Below the pieces are notes generated by a model. That model ran no database searches. It saw only the letters and a list, made by a program, of their open reading frames with translations, and had not been told where the DNA came from. Positions 40,982 through 50,656 of a stretch of 64,000 nucleotides of DNA are shown in pieces. The translations under genes and the position numbers were made by a program. Source of the DNA: Rhizaria sp. SCN 62-66 (taxonomy: Eukaryota); assembly GCA_001724265.1 (NCBI GenBank), contig MEDY01000071.1:1-64000 (forward strand). The letters run 5' to 3'. Within the stretch, counting starts at the first letter, position 1. Every line of letters begins with the position of its first letter.

Positions 40982-43900
40982 ATGTATCGTGCGTCCGCCC
41001 AAAAGTCCCCGCGCGCGGCCGCGTTCTCTCCCAGCAGCCCCAATGACGCTACCACACTTGGCCGCAGCCCAATTCCTCCGGCAGCGAACACCCTCGCGAA
41101 TTCCGGCGGCGCCGCCGCGCCGCCCCCGCGAGCGCTGCCGTTCTTTCGCTCATCCACATCCTCACGCCTTGTTGCTGGTGCTTCCGGCTCCGCGCAGTCG
41201 CCCCAGTCCGGTACCTCGTCCCCCGTGCCGCTCCCAGGCAACGCCAACAATAGCACCCTCTTGAACAATACTGCCAATTCCAGTGCCGGCGACTCCCTGC
41301 CTCCGCCTGACCCCCGCTTCCCGCCCGACGGCGCACTGACTTTCTCCGCCGTCGAGTACCCGCCCTCTTTCCACCGCCTCGCGACGGCGGTTGCCGCAGT
41401 GCTGCGCGCGCAGCAACAGCAGCAGCAGCTCGTCGCCGTCGCGCCCGCGCTGGCCTCGCCGCCCGGCACTCCCGCCCAGGCCCAGTCCCCGCTCGGGCTC
41501 GCCGCCGCCGCGGCGCAACAGCAGCAGCAGTCTGCGCAGCAGAGGACGCGGTCCGGAGGGCTTAGCGGCCGCAGCAGCTTCGACAACACGGGCGGAGACG
41601 CAGGCAGTTTCGGCCAAGGCAGTGGTAACGGCAATCACGGGAGCTTTGATGCGATCGTCGAGCTCGAGGTCGAGACAGAGCCCGCGCCAGATGCGTCTCT
41701 TGCGGCAGACACGGCGACGGCGACCGCGGCGGTGCTCATGAGCCAGCCCAACGCGCTCCGCAGCGCGCCCACCAGCACCGGCAACGGCGGCGGTGAAGGC
41801 GACTACGACGGCGACGCGGCCGGCCGCTCTGCGACCGCGCGCCCCGCTCTGACCCCGCGGCCGGCCACCGGTGCCCCAATGCCGGGATCCTACACCGGCG
41901 CCTCGCTGCCCGGCTCGCTGTCCGGGGCCTCCACGCTCCCCGCCTTCTCCTACGCCGCGTCCTCGATGCCCGGCCCCGCGTCCCTGCTCGCCGGACACCA
42001 CGGCCCCGGCGCGGGCGCTGGCGCTGGTGCCGGCGCCGCGCCGCAGCCCCTGACGGGCCAGTTACTTGCCGCGGCCCGCGCGCGCGTGTTTTCGCTGCTG
42101 CGGACGCTGCGGCCTTACCTCGCCCCCGCGCGCTTCCGCCCGTCCTCGGCCGCCGACGCCGAGGCCGTCCGCGACGTGCTGCTGTCGCTCTGGGACGCGC
42201 TGCTGCGCGACCGCGCGTGGGGCGTGTGCTTCCCGCTCGCGGCCGAAGACGTCACCGAGGGCGCCGTGGCCGACGCCGCCGCGGTGCGCAGGGCGGCCGT
42301 GGCCGCGCGGCTGCTCGCGCAGGCTCAGGCGCAGTCCGGTGTGAAGGCCGGTGCGAAGACGAACAGGGACAATGGCGAGAGCGAGAATCTGTTCGTTCTG
42401 TCGCCCGCCGGCGCCGCCAGTGTTGTCGGCGGCGCCCGCAGCGGGGCGAGCGCAAGCGCGCTCGCGGATACGGCTGCGGTGTCCGCTCCTGTGTCGCATC
42501 TGCTGACGGGCCTCTGTGCCTGCTGCACTGGCCCGCTGCGCGACCGCGATGACCGCTTCGCCGCTCGTCTCGCGCGCGCACGTGCCCACAACGCCCGCAG
42601 CAACGCTTGCGACAGCCGCGCCAACCGCGGTCAGGATGAGTACGACGACTGCGAGGACGAGGATAAAGACATCGCTGTCGCTGAGGCCGAAGCTGCTGCT
42701 GCCGCCGCGGTCGCAGGCAAGGGTGCTCGTGCCCCGCCTCCTGGCGAGTGTCGTATCGCACATCTGCTCCTTGAGTCGTTGTTTTACCTGCTGTCCCGCC
42801 ATGAGCTGCATCTGCACCTCCTGATCGCCCCGGCTGCCGCGCCCTTCATGCCGCTGCCGCCAGGCACCGTTCCCACGCCCGTGCCCGGCCAGAGCCACGC
42901 GGCCGCCGCCCAGGCCGCCGCTGCAGGGGGCGCGACCCCCGGCCCGCTGCCGCCGCTGCCGTCGCCGTACCAGCCCTTCGCGACGCCGCCCGTGGGCATG
43001 CTCTCGATCTTCGCGGCGCCCGAGCACGCGGACATCTTGCTCGCCACGCCCACAACCACGGCGACCGCACCTGCTGCGCTGCCCGTCCCGTTCGTCACGG
43101 CCGAGACGGCGGCCGCGGCGGCAGCGGCGTCGGCGGCCGCGGACGTCGCGGCGGCGTGGGGCGCTCGCGCCACCATAGCGATGGGACTTGACAGCGACCT
43201 GTCTGCATTGATCCCCACGCCTGTCGGGACTTCGACCTCGTCCTCGTCGTCGTCTGCCGTCGTTGTCGCGAGCTCAAGCTCGGGCTCCAGTGCGGGCGCA
43301 AACGTGGCCGACGCCGCCGCGGGCGCGGCTGCGGCGGGCGCAGCGACCCTCAAGTCGGCCGCGGCGTCGCTGCCCGTCCCACTGCGGCTCTCTCTGGCCG
43401 CGCACCCCGCCGCGCTGAGCGCCCACAGCCTCGACTCGATTGGGCTCGGCATCTGGGCCCGGACCAGGCTCGTGCTGAGACACGCGCAGTCGGCCGCCGC
43501 CGCCTCGGCCGCGGCCGCTGCAGCCACCGCCGTCTCGGGTGCGCTCTCGACACCCACGCAGAGCGCTGCAGACTGCGCTACTACGGCTTCAGACAGCAGC
43601 GCCTTCGCTGCCAACGCTGCCGCCGCGAGCGCGAGTACCGCGACGCCCACTCCGGTCCCGTCCGCGCCCCCGTCGTCGTCGGCGTGGGCGCGCGTGGCCG
43701 GCGAGCAGTCGTCGCTGCTGCGCCGCGTCGCGTCGCTCGCGGCCCGCACCGCACGCCTCGCGCAGCGCTTGCTCGCGTTCTACTCGCCGTCCGTTGACGT
43801 CGCCACCGAAGCCACCGCTCTGCGCGCCGCGCGCAGGGCTGCTGACGCTAGCCGCCGCGCTAAGCTGGTCCGCACGGTTGCTCGCTCCGACGGCAAATCA

Positions 43901-46900
43901 GTGCGTCGATGGGAGTGCCGTGTCGCGGGCGGCGGTCGCGTGTGCGGCGATTGCCGTCTCGCTGCTGCGGAGGCTGTTGCGCCTTTCACGGACAACGACG
44001 ACAATGCAGACTGTGAGCGCAAGTCCGCAGGCGCGGATCCTGAGGACAAGAGCAATGAGTCGGATGATGTCTGGATCGACTTTGTTACCGACGCAGACGC
44101 CGCACTCTGCCTAAGTATCTCCTCAGAGCCTGCCGCTGTTCGCGAGCGTGACCGCGATGTTTCTGTATTCGACCCTCTTGTCGTTCCTGTCATCAACGAT
44201 GCTAACCACAGTAACGCTGCATCACTCACGATGACGACGAGCAGCAGCAGTAGCAGCTACGGGGACAAGTCGAGCCTTCGTGGCCGCCGGACGGGGCCGC
44301 CTCTGGTTGCCCCGCCGCGCGGTCCCGTCGCCGCGTGCGCCCCCGGGGCCCCCGAGCCGACACCTCCTGGCTCCGCGCCGTGCCGCGGCGGTCGCCTGGC
44401 CGCGTGGCACGCCGCCGTGTGGCCCATCGTCTCGGACTTCGCGCTGCAGACGCTCACGGTTGCGGCAACAGTGTGCCCGGAGTCGCAGCTGCCGCGCGAG
44501 CTGGAGCTCGCGCTGGATGCGCATCGGAGGCACGAGTACGCCGCGCCCGCTCAGGCGCTGCGCCGCCGCGCCGCGGCAGCTGCTGCCACAACCAATGATC
44601 AGGTCAAGGCTGCTGCAACAGACGGCGTGCCCGCTGCGCCGACCGCGGTGCTGCGCGCGAGTGAGTCGTTCTTGCCTCGTCTGCTTGCCGCCATCTCGCC
44701 CGCGGCTGGGGACATGCTCGACCTCGCGATCGCTGTCCCTACGCCGCCAGGCGTGCCGGCCGCAATCGCCAGCGCCGCGGCGCACGAACACGAAGACAAG
44801 AGTGCTGCCACAGACGTGCAATCTGAGGCGAAGACCGATGCTGAGGCTGGGGCGGCGGAGCATGACGCTGTGCTGACGCACACGGCGCCACCCGCAGTCA
44901 CCCCAGACGCCTTTCAGGGCCTGCCTGTGGCGCCGCACGCGCGCTTGCTTGCGCTGCCGCACACGGTGCCCGCGCCAGGGGCCCGTCTCCGTCGCCGCAG
45001 TCAGGCTGTCGATGGCACTGTTCCTTCATCCGGCGCTGCTGCTGCGAATAACGCCGGTGCCGGTGTGATTGCACGCGCTGCAGCGACACTGCCGACCGCG
45101 CTACCGACGGCTGCAGCCGCGCACCTGCTCGGGCTGCCGCAGCCGCGTGCACGGCCCGGCGCCCCGCCCGCTGGCGCCGCCGGCATGGCGACGCTGGCGC
45201 AGCTGCGAGCGCCGGCTCGCTACTCAGCCGACGGTCTCATCGCTGCATTTGAGCGCGAAACGCTTGCCTCAGCAGCGAACGGTGACGAGGCGGCCCTCCC
45301 TAGCGCCGTTGCGCTCGCCCTCGTGCCGGCACTCAGTGCGCGCGGTGGCAAGCCGGTGCCGGGACCTGCGTACCTGGCCGACGACAGTGACACTTCACCT
45401 GCGACTGTGGCTGCTGCTATGGCTGCAGCTGCGCGCGATGACCCGTCGGCCGCAGCAGCAGCCGCTGAGACTGCGCTTGCTGCTGCCGATGGTGCGTTCT
45501 GTGACTGGGACGAGGGTGACAGCACGATCAGTGCGGGCGCGAATACCTATCACCGCAGCGCAATGACACCTGGTACATTTGCATCAGCGGTATCGCGTGA
45601 CGCTCACTCGTTCCTGCTCTCCGCTGCGGTGCCGCTGCTGCGCCGCGCAGCTTTTGCGCCGCCTCCCGCCTTCGTCGATGCCCTTACGCCGCTCATTTCG
45701 CCCACGTTTTCCGCTAACATCTCAATCGCTTTTGGTGGTGATGGTGCAAAGCCTGAAAACGATGATGAGTGTGAGCAGACTTGCAGTGACTGTGAGCGGC
45801 TGCTGTCGCCCCTGCCAGTGTGGAGCTCCTTCACTCCCTCGCTGGCCGATGACAGCTACCCCCGACTGTGCGTGCACACGCGTGGCGACGTGTATGCGCG
45901 CGGTGACACTGCCGCAGCTACACTTGCATTCAACAGAGGCCGCAAAACCTATCAACAGCCACGCGCAAAGCCCCTCTCTGGCAACGACTCCGCATCGAGC
46001 TCGTTCAGTGGATCCAGAATCTCTGCGATGACGGCTGCGGCGGCGGTGACTGCAGGCGATGCTTGGTGGTTACGTGGCCTGGCGTCTCCGGTGGCGCTCA
46101 CTGGCGCGGCACCCTCTGCCGCCGTTGCCTGGGGTCCGTATGTAGCCGCACTCAACTCTATTTTGTATCCGGCGGATTTCTCTCCGTCGTCTTCGTCTCC
46201 GTCGTCTTCGTTCTCGAGCCCGAGGCAGAGTGTGACGGCATCGCTTGCACCAGGATCCAATTCGCGCTCGAACGCGTCTGTGGCATCCGCTGCAGTGGCA
46301 GCCCGTTTGTCGCAGCTGCCATTGGGCGCGTTGGGGGCACCATCGGCTGCCGTCGCTGATGTTGACCAAAAGCCGCTGCATCCGTTGCAAGCCTCGATGG
46401 TCACTGCTGCAGGCTCTATCACCGGACTGTTCTCAGCCGGACCGATGTACGGAAGTGGCGCTCTTGTCGACGCGCAGGCTGGACCTACCCTGCCACTGCC
46501 CACGGTGACTGTGCGCGCGCGCAGTGAAGTCGTGGACGCCAGCACCGGGGCGCTGCGCACTGCCTCCGCTGCTTCTCACTCTGGCGCGCGGCTCCACGCG
46601 TCTGTGTCTGGCGAGAGTGATGCTGTGAACGCAGTTCCTGCTGCCGCTGCAGCTACTCTCCTGCTGCCTCAAGGCGTGCCCGCGCTGTTATCGCGCGTTG
46701 CTCTTCTGTGGCACTTTCGTTCCGGTCCTTTCCTGTTTGGCTTTGCAGCCAAGTGGTTGTCGTACGTCGTCGCTGCACAGGGCTCACTGACTGACCTGCT
46801 GACGAGCTTTGCTGAGGCCGTTGCTGTTGACGAACTGCGCCGCCGCGCCGCTGCAGTGCGTGCGCTGGCGGGGCCTGGTGCCCTACCACCACTGGCGGTT

Positions 46901-49900
46901 GCGTTGGCCGAGCGTGCGCGCACGCTGCAGCAACAGCAACAGCAACAACAGCAACAGCAGCTCATCATGCTTCAAATGAAGCGGTTGCTTCAAACAAGCC
47001 GCCAGGCCGACGCTGCCGCTGCCGCTTCCGCTGCAGCTGCTGCTGCCGCGGTTGCTGCATCGGTGGCCGTCTCACCGACTGCAACCGACGCTGCGAGTCC
47101 AACTGTGAGTTTTGGCCTCTTTGACGAGTATGCAACCGCCTCGCCTGGCGCCACCGCCGCTGCGAAGCCCGCACGCGACCCCAAGCAGTTCACGGCGACT
47201 GCGATGGCCGCGCAAGGGCTTGGCACTGCGTTCTCTGGCGCCAAGAATCGTTCGAGCAGCAGCGGTCGTAATGGCAACAATGCAGCAACCACGGCGGTGA
47301 GTCCCAAGCCGTTAAGCAAGGCTGCTGCTGCCGCTGCAGCTGCTGAGGCGGCTGCGAACGCGCTTGCCCTGCAACTGCGCCCTCCGCCCGCCATCCCACC
47401 GCACCTGTCGTCGTTGTCTCTCCTCTCGCTGTGCTTCCCCGCGCTGCGGCTATACTGGCCTCTCGCGGCGCGCCTGCTGCAGAGCGCGCTGTCCGCCCCC
47501 GCGGCCGCTCGGCCGTCGACGCTGCCGGTACTAGAATGCCTGCTGCTGCACCAGCCGCTGGCGCCGTACATGCTGCACTTCCTGCTGCGCCCGCTGCTGC
47601 TGACGTCGCGCGTACTGGCTCGTGGCGAAGTCGACGCAGCATTCTCGACCGCTGCGACTTGGCTGGCTGAGCTCGGTGGCTCGCCCGCCGCCGCGGCACA
47701 GGGCCTGCTGACTGACGCCGCCGCCGCTGGCACGGCGCGCGTGACTGCGCTGCTGCAGAGCGAGTTCGGCGACATCACGCTCGATCCCATTGCGCACGCG
47801 CGCATTGTGGCCGATATGACGACGCCGGCCTTCACGGTGCGCGTCGCCGGCGCTGCGCTGACCCCGACGACTGCGGCGTCTATTGCTGGCGCATTCGCGC
47901 TTGCGGCCGCGGCGTCCGTGCTCGCGCCGCCTCCACCCGCGCCCGTGCTGCCTGTGCCGCGCTCGTCGCCGCTGTTCCCGTCGTACTCGCTCACTTTCCC
48001 GCTGCCCCAGGACCCTCGGCTCGTGTGTGTGCACGCGCTCGCATCGGCGCTGCGGCTGTGCGTAGCGACTGGCCACTTCCAGTCCATTCTCAAGGCATTG
48101 ACGTTCCTCTACGCGCTTCTGGGCCACTTGTACGGACCCGCTCGATTGGTCGTGCTCGACACAGTGGTGTTTCACGCCCCACTGTTCCGCGCTCTCTTCC
48201 TGCACTGGTGCCCCGAAGTGCGCAAGGTGTTCCACCTGCTCCTGCTTTACCGTGTCGCGCGCGCGAGTGATCCGTTGTGCTACGACGCGCAGTACCAAGC
48301 CGCGCTGGCCCGTGCCGAGCGTGCGCAGCGCCGCGCTCAACTCGCCACTGCGGCCGCTCTCGCGAACGCGAACTCTCTCAAGACTGGAGACGATGGTATG
48401 CTTGCTGCAGTGCTTTTGGCGGACGGTGCGAACGCGGACCGCGAACGCGGTGGCCACGGACGCGGGCGCGAACGGGGTCGTGACATGGGCGGTAACAGTG
48501 ATAATGATAACTCGTCGCGCTCGCGATCGCGCTCTCACTCGCGTTCCCGGTCACGCTCGCGCAGCCAGAGTCGCACGGGCCGCGATAAAAGCCCGCGCTC
48601 TGCGGCCGCTGCGACGGCGGCTGCGCTGTTGGAGTCGTCGTTGCCGCCCTCACTCGTCGCCGTCGACCACTCTGTGCCCCTGAACGGACCGCTGTCGCCG
48701 CTGCAAGGCGCTGCCGTCGTCGCCGCGGCGGCCGCGCGCTCGGAGCAGTACCGCCGCTTCCACGCTGACCGCGCTGAAGGCACGGCGCGCGAGGTGCGTC
48801 GCGAAGGCTTCGCGGATGCGCTTGGACAGGCGCTCAGTGACCCCACCCGGTCCGACTGGTACGGCGAAGGCGCGAGTAGCAGTGGCGGCAACGTTGGCGC
48901 AAATGCTCCTGATAGCAGCGCTGCCAGGTCATCGGCATCGCCGTCGTCGCCTGTCTCTCCGCCTGTGGAGCAACAGCCGCGACAGTTGCGCGTGACCCAC
49001 AAGACGCCCAACCTTAACGCCAGCAATACCAACCTTGCCGCAGCCTCGAACACCGGGTCCTCGACACCGCGCCGTGGCCGCTCGCGCGGCAGTCCTTCTC
49101 CCGCGCCGGCGCCTACTGGCAACACGATCGCGGGCGGCGGCCAGCCCCGCGGCGCGCGGCCCCGTGCCGCGACCCCCGCGCCCCTGGTCGGCGGCGCACT
49201 GCGCGGCGCCGGGGGAGACTCCTCCCGCCGCTCCGCGTCGGCCTCGGCCGCTGGAACCGCTGCGGTGGCCATCGCGGACGGCGTGACTGCGGCGTCCCCC
49301 AACGAGTCGCGTCCGTCGTTCCTGTCGCGCGTGCTGGGAGTCTTCGGCATGGGCAACAACAACGGCAACAACGCCGGCAAGAAGGGCAGCGGCACTGCAG
49401 GGCTTGTCGCGGCGCGGACCACAATGGTCAGTCGTGAGCGCGCGCGGCTTAGCATCGGCGCAGAGTCGTGCGCCGTAGCTCACACGCTGCTGACTGTGAG
49501 CGAGCTGGCGATGGACGTGCTGTACGTCGACTTGCTGCACCGGTACGTCGATGATCTGCGAACGCAACACGACAACGGCTGGCATATCCCGCCGGTTTCT
49601 GCGCCTACAGTCGCGCTACAGCAACAGCAAGTTAATGCAGTAGCTGTGACATCCCCAAGCTCGCTTGCCAGTTCATCTCAGGTTGCGACACCTGCGACTA
49701 CGACTGGAACTGTGGGCAAGCCGGTGTCGACAAAGCCCAGTTTACCGCGCGCGCTGCGTCCATCTACCACGGGGGACCCTCTTCACCCCGGAAACTACCG
49801 CTTCGACCCTGCTCCAAACTTTGCCGCATCCGCTGCTGGGCCGCTCGCTGCTGCCCCGAGCGGCGGCGCGGGCGCCGGCGCAATGCTCGTTGTTCCAGCG

Positions 49901-50284
49901 TCGCTGCGGCCTTACTTGCGATCCGCGCTGGGCGAGTTCGCGCACCACGAGCGCAATTACCGCGCTGTGCAGGACGCTGCGCCCTTCCCGGCACCGCCGC
50001 ACAGCGACGCTATTGCGCGCGGCCCCGGTGCAGCGATGGCAGCGACGGCTGCGGAGGCGTGGGGCGCTGCGCGGGCCATGGCCGCAGCGGCTGCGTCGGC
50101 GGCGGAGGCATCCGCTGTTGGTGGCGTCGGGACGCGCAACGTAGCGGAAGCGCTCTGGGGCTGTGTTGCTGATGGACGTGTGCGTGGTGATGGACTTGGC
50201 GTTACAGGAGAGCTCATTGTACATGGCTTTGTACGTCTGCCCGAGTTGCAATTCTCGATTGACGCATCTAAGGTCCCCGGCTAA
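40982..50284 (+). CDS. Giant (~3100 aa) DUF1765-like protein
   Basis: Stop-free ORF. LKALTFLY...FRALFLHWCPEVRKVFHLLLLYRV matches the conserved DUF1765 C-terminal block as I recall it. The rest is Ala/Ser/Pro low-complexity sequence. Confidence 0.72.
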   Translation: MYRASAQKSPRAAAFSPSSPNDATTLGRSPIPPAANTLANSGGAAAPPPRALPFFRSSTSSRLVAGASGSAQSPQSGTSSPVPLPGNANNSTLLNNTANSSAGDSLPPPDPRFPPDGALTFSAVEYPPSFHRLATAVAAVLRAQQQQQQLVAVAPALASPPGTPAQAQSPLGLAAAAAQQQQQSAQQRTRSGGLSGRSSFDNTGGDAGSFGQGSGNGNHGSFDAIVELEVETEPAPDASLAADTATATAAVLMSQPNALRSAPTSTGNGGGEGDYDGDAAGRSATARPALTPRPATGAPMPGSYTGASLPGSLSGASTLPAFSYAASSMPGPASLLAGHHGPGAGAGAGAGAAPQPLTGQLLAAARARVFSLLRTLRPYLAPARFRPSSAADAEAVRDVLLSLWDALLRDRAWGVCFPLAAEDVTEGAVADAAAVRRAAVAARLLAQAQAQSGVKAGAKTNRDNGESENLFVLSPAGAASVVGGARSGASASALADTAAVSAPVSHLLTGLCACCTGPLRDRDDRFAARLARARAHNARSNACDSRANRGQDEYDDCEDEDKDIAVAEAEAAAAAAVAGKGARAPPPGECRIAHLLLESLFYLLSRHELHLHLLIAPAAAPFMPLPPGTVPTPVPGQSHAAAAQAAAAGGATPGPLPPLPSPYQPFATPPVGMLSIFAAPEHADILLATPTTTATAPAALPVPFVTAETAAAAAAASAAADVAAAWGARATIAMGLDSDLSALIPTPVGTSTSSSSSSAVVVASSSSGSSAGANVADAAAGAAAAGAATLKSAAASLPVPLRLSLAAHPAALSAHSLDSIGLGIWARTRLVLRHAQSAAAASAAAAAATAVSGALSTPTQSAADCATTASDSSAFAANAAAASASTATPTPVPSAPPSSSAWARVAGEQSSLLRRVASLAARTARLAQRLLAFYSPSVDVATEATALRAARRAADASRRAKLVRTVARSDGKSVRRWECRVAGGGRVCGDCRLAAAEAVAPFTDNDDNADCERKSAGADPEDKSNESDDVWIDFVTDADAALCLSISSEPAAVRERDRDVSVFDPLVVPVINDANHSNAASLTMTTSSSSSSYGDKSSLRGRRTGPPLVAPPRGPVAACAPGAPEPTPPGSAPCRGGRLAAWHAAVWPIVSDFALQTLTVAATVCPESQLPRELELALDAHRRHEYAAPAQALRRRAAAAAATTNDQVKAAATDGVPAAPTAVLRASESFLPRLLAAISPAAGDMLDLAIAVPTPPGVPAAIASAAAHEHEDKSAATDVQSEAKTDAEAGAAEHDAVLTHTAPPAVTPDAFQGLPVAPHARLLALPHTVPAPGARLRRRSQAVDGTVPSSGAAAANNAGAGVIARAAATLPTALPTAAAAHLLGLPQPRARPGAPPAGAAGMATLAQLRAPARYSADGLIAAFERETLASAANGDEAALPSAVALALVPALSARGGKPVPGPAYLADDSDTSPATVAAAMAAAARDDPSAAAAAAETALAAADGAFCDWDEGDSTISAGANTYHRSAMTPGTFASAVSRDAHSFLLSAAVPLLRRAAFAPPPAFVDALTPLISPTFSANISIAFGGDGAKPENDDECEQTCSDCERLLSPLPVWSSFTPSLADDSYPRLCVHTRGDVYARGDTAAATLAFNRGRKTYQQPRAKPLSGNDSASSSFSGSRISAMTAAAAVTAGDAWWLRGLASPVALTGAAPSAAVAWGPYVAALNSILYPADFSPSSSSPSSSFSSPRQSVTASLAPGSNSRSNASVASAAVAARLSQLPLGALGAPSAAVADVDQKPLHPLQASMVTAAGSITGLFSAGPMYGSGALVDAQAGPTLPLPTVTVRARSEVVDASTGALRTASAASHSGARLHASVSGESDAVNAVPAAAAATLLLPQGVPALLSRVALLWHFRSGPFLFGFAAKWLSYVVAAQGSLTDLLTSFAEAVAVDELRRRAAAVRALAGPGALPPLAVALAERARTLQQQQQQQQQQQLIMLQMKRLLQTSRQADAAAAASAAAAAAAVAASVAVSPTATDAASPTVSFGLFDEYATASPGATAAAKPARDPKQFTATAMAAQGLGTAFSGAKNRSSSSGRNGNNAATTAVSPKPLSKAAAAAAAAEAAANALALQLRPPPAIPPHLSSLSLLSLCFPALRLYWPLAARLLQSALSAPAAARPSTLPVLECLLLHQPLAPYMLHFLLRPLLLTSRVLARGEVDAAFSTAATWLAELGGSPAAAAQGLLTDAAAAGTARVTALLQSEFGDITLDPIAHARIVADMTTPAFTVRVAGAALTPTTAASIAGAFALAAAASVLAPPPPAPVLPVPRSSPLFPSYSLTFPLPQDPRLVCVHALASALRLCVATGHFQSILKALTFLYALLGHLYGPARLVVLDTVVFHAPLFRALFLHWCPEVRKVFHLLLLYRVARASDPLCYDAQYQAALARAERAQRRAQLATAAALANANSLKTGDDGMLAAVLLADGANADRERGGHGRGRERGRDMGGNSDNDNSSRSRSRSHSRSRSRSRSQSRTGRDKSPRSAAAATAAALLESSLPPSLVAVDHSVPLNGPLSPLQGAAVVAAAAARSEQYRRFHADRAEGTAREVRREGFADALGQALSDPTRSDWYGEGASSSGGNVGANAPDSSAARSSASPSSPVSPPVEQQPRQLRVTHKTPNLNASNTNLAAASNTGSSTPRRGRSRGSPSPAPAPTGNTIAGGGQPRGARPRAATPAPLVGGALRGAGGDSSRRSASASAAGTAAVAIADGVTAASPNESRPSFLSRVLGVFGMGNNNGNNAGKKGSGTAGLVAARTTMVSRERARLSIGAESCAVAHTLLTVSELAMDVLYVDLLHRYVDDLRTQHDNGWHIPPVSAPTVALQQQQVNAVAVTSPSSLASSSQVATPATTTGTVGKPVSTKPSLPRALRPSTTGDPLHPGNYRFDPAPNFAASAAGPLAAAPSGGAGAGAMLVVPASLRPYLRSALGEFAHHERNYRAVQDAAPFPAPPHSDAIARGPGAAMAATAAEAWGAARAMAAAAASAAEASAVGGVGTRNVAEALWGCVADGRVRGDGLGVTGELIVHGFVRLPELQFSIDASKVPG

Positions 50285-50656
50285 GCGCGTAGCAAGTTAA
50301 ATACCGAACTAAATGTGAACTTTTAAAATACATAGCTCGTTTTCTTGTTAAATGCAATGTTACTTGTTTGTTTTCCTCCCACATTAAGTCGCAGAGACAT
50401 AAAATATGAAGCGTGACTAATTTGTGGTCTGAGTCGCACGGCCGGCACGCACCTTAAGATTCCAGAAACTCCTACCCAGACCTCGTCACAGCTCCGTGCT
50501 TGTGATATATTATATCGGTTGGGGTATTCAGCATGGGCTTTTACTTTTGTTCGTAAAATAATTCAATCTGAAACCCAAAATTTCTTCTTATATTCTTCTT
50601 TTCAATCACCTCTAGGTTTTAGCCGTTGACTGTTCACGAGTCTCGCTCCAAACATC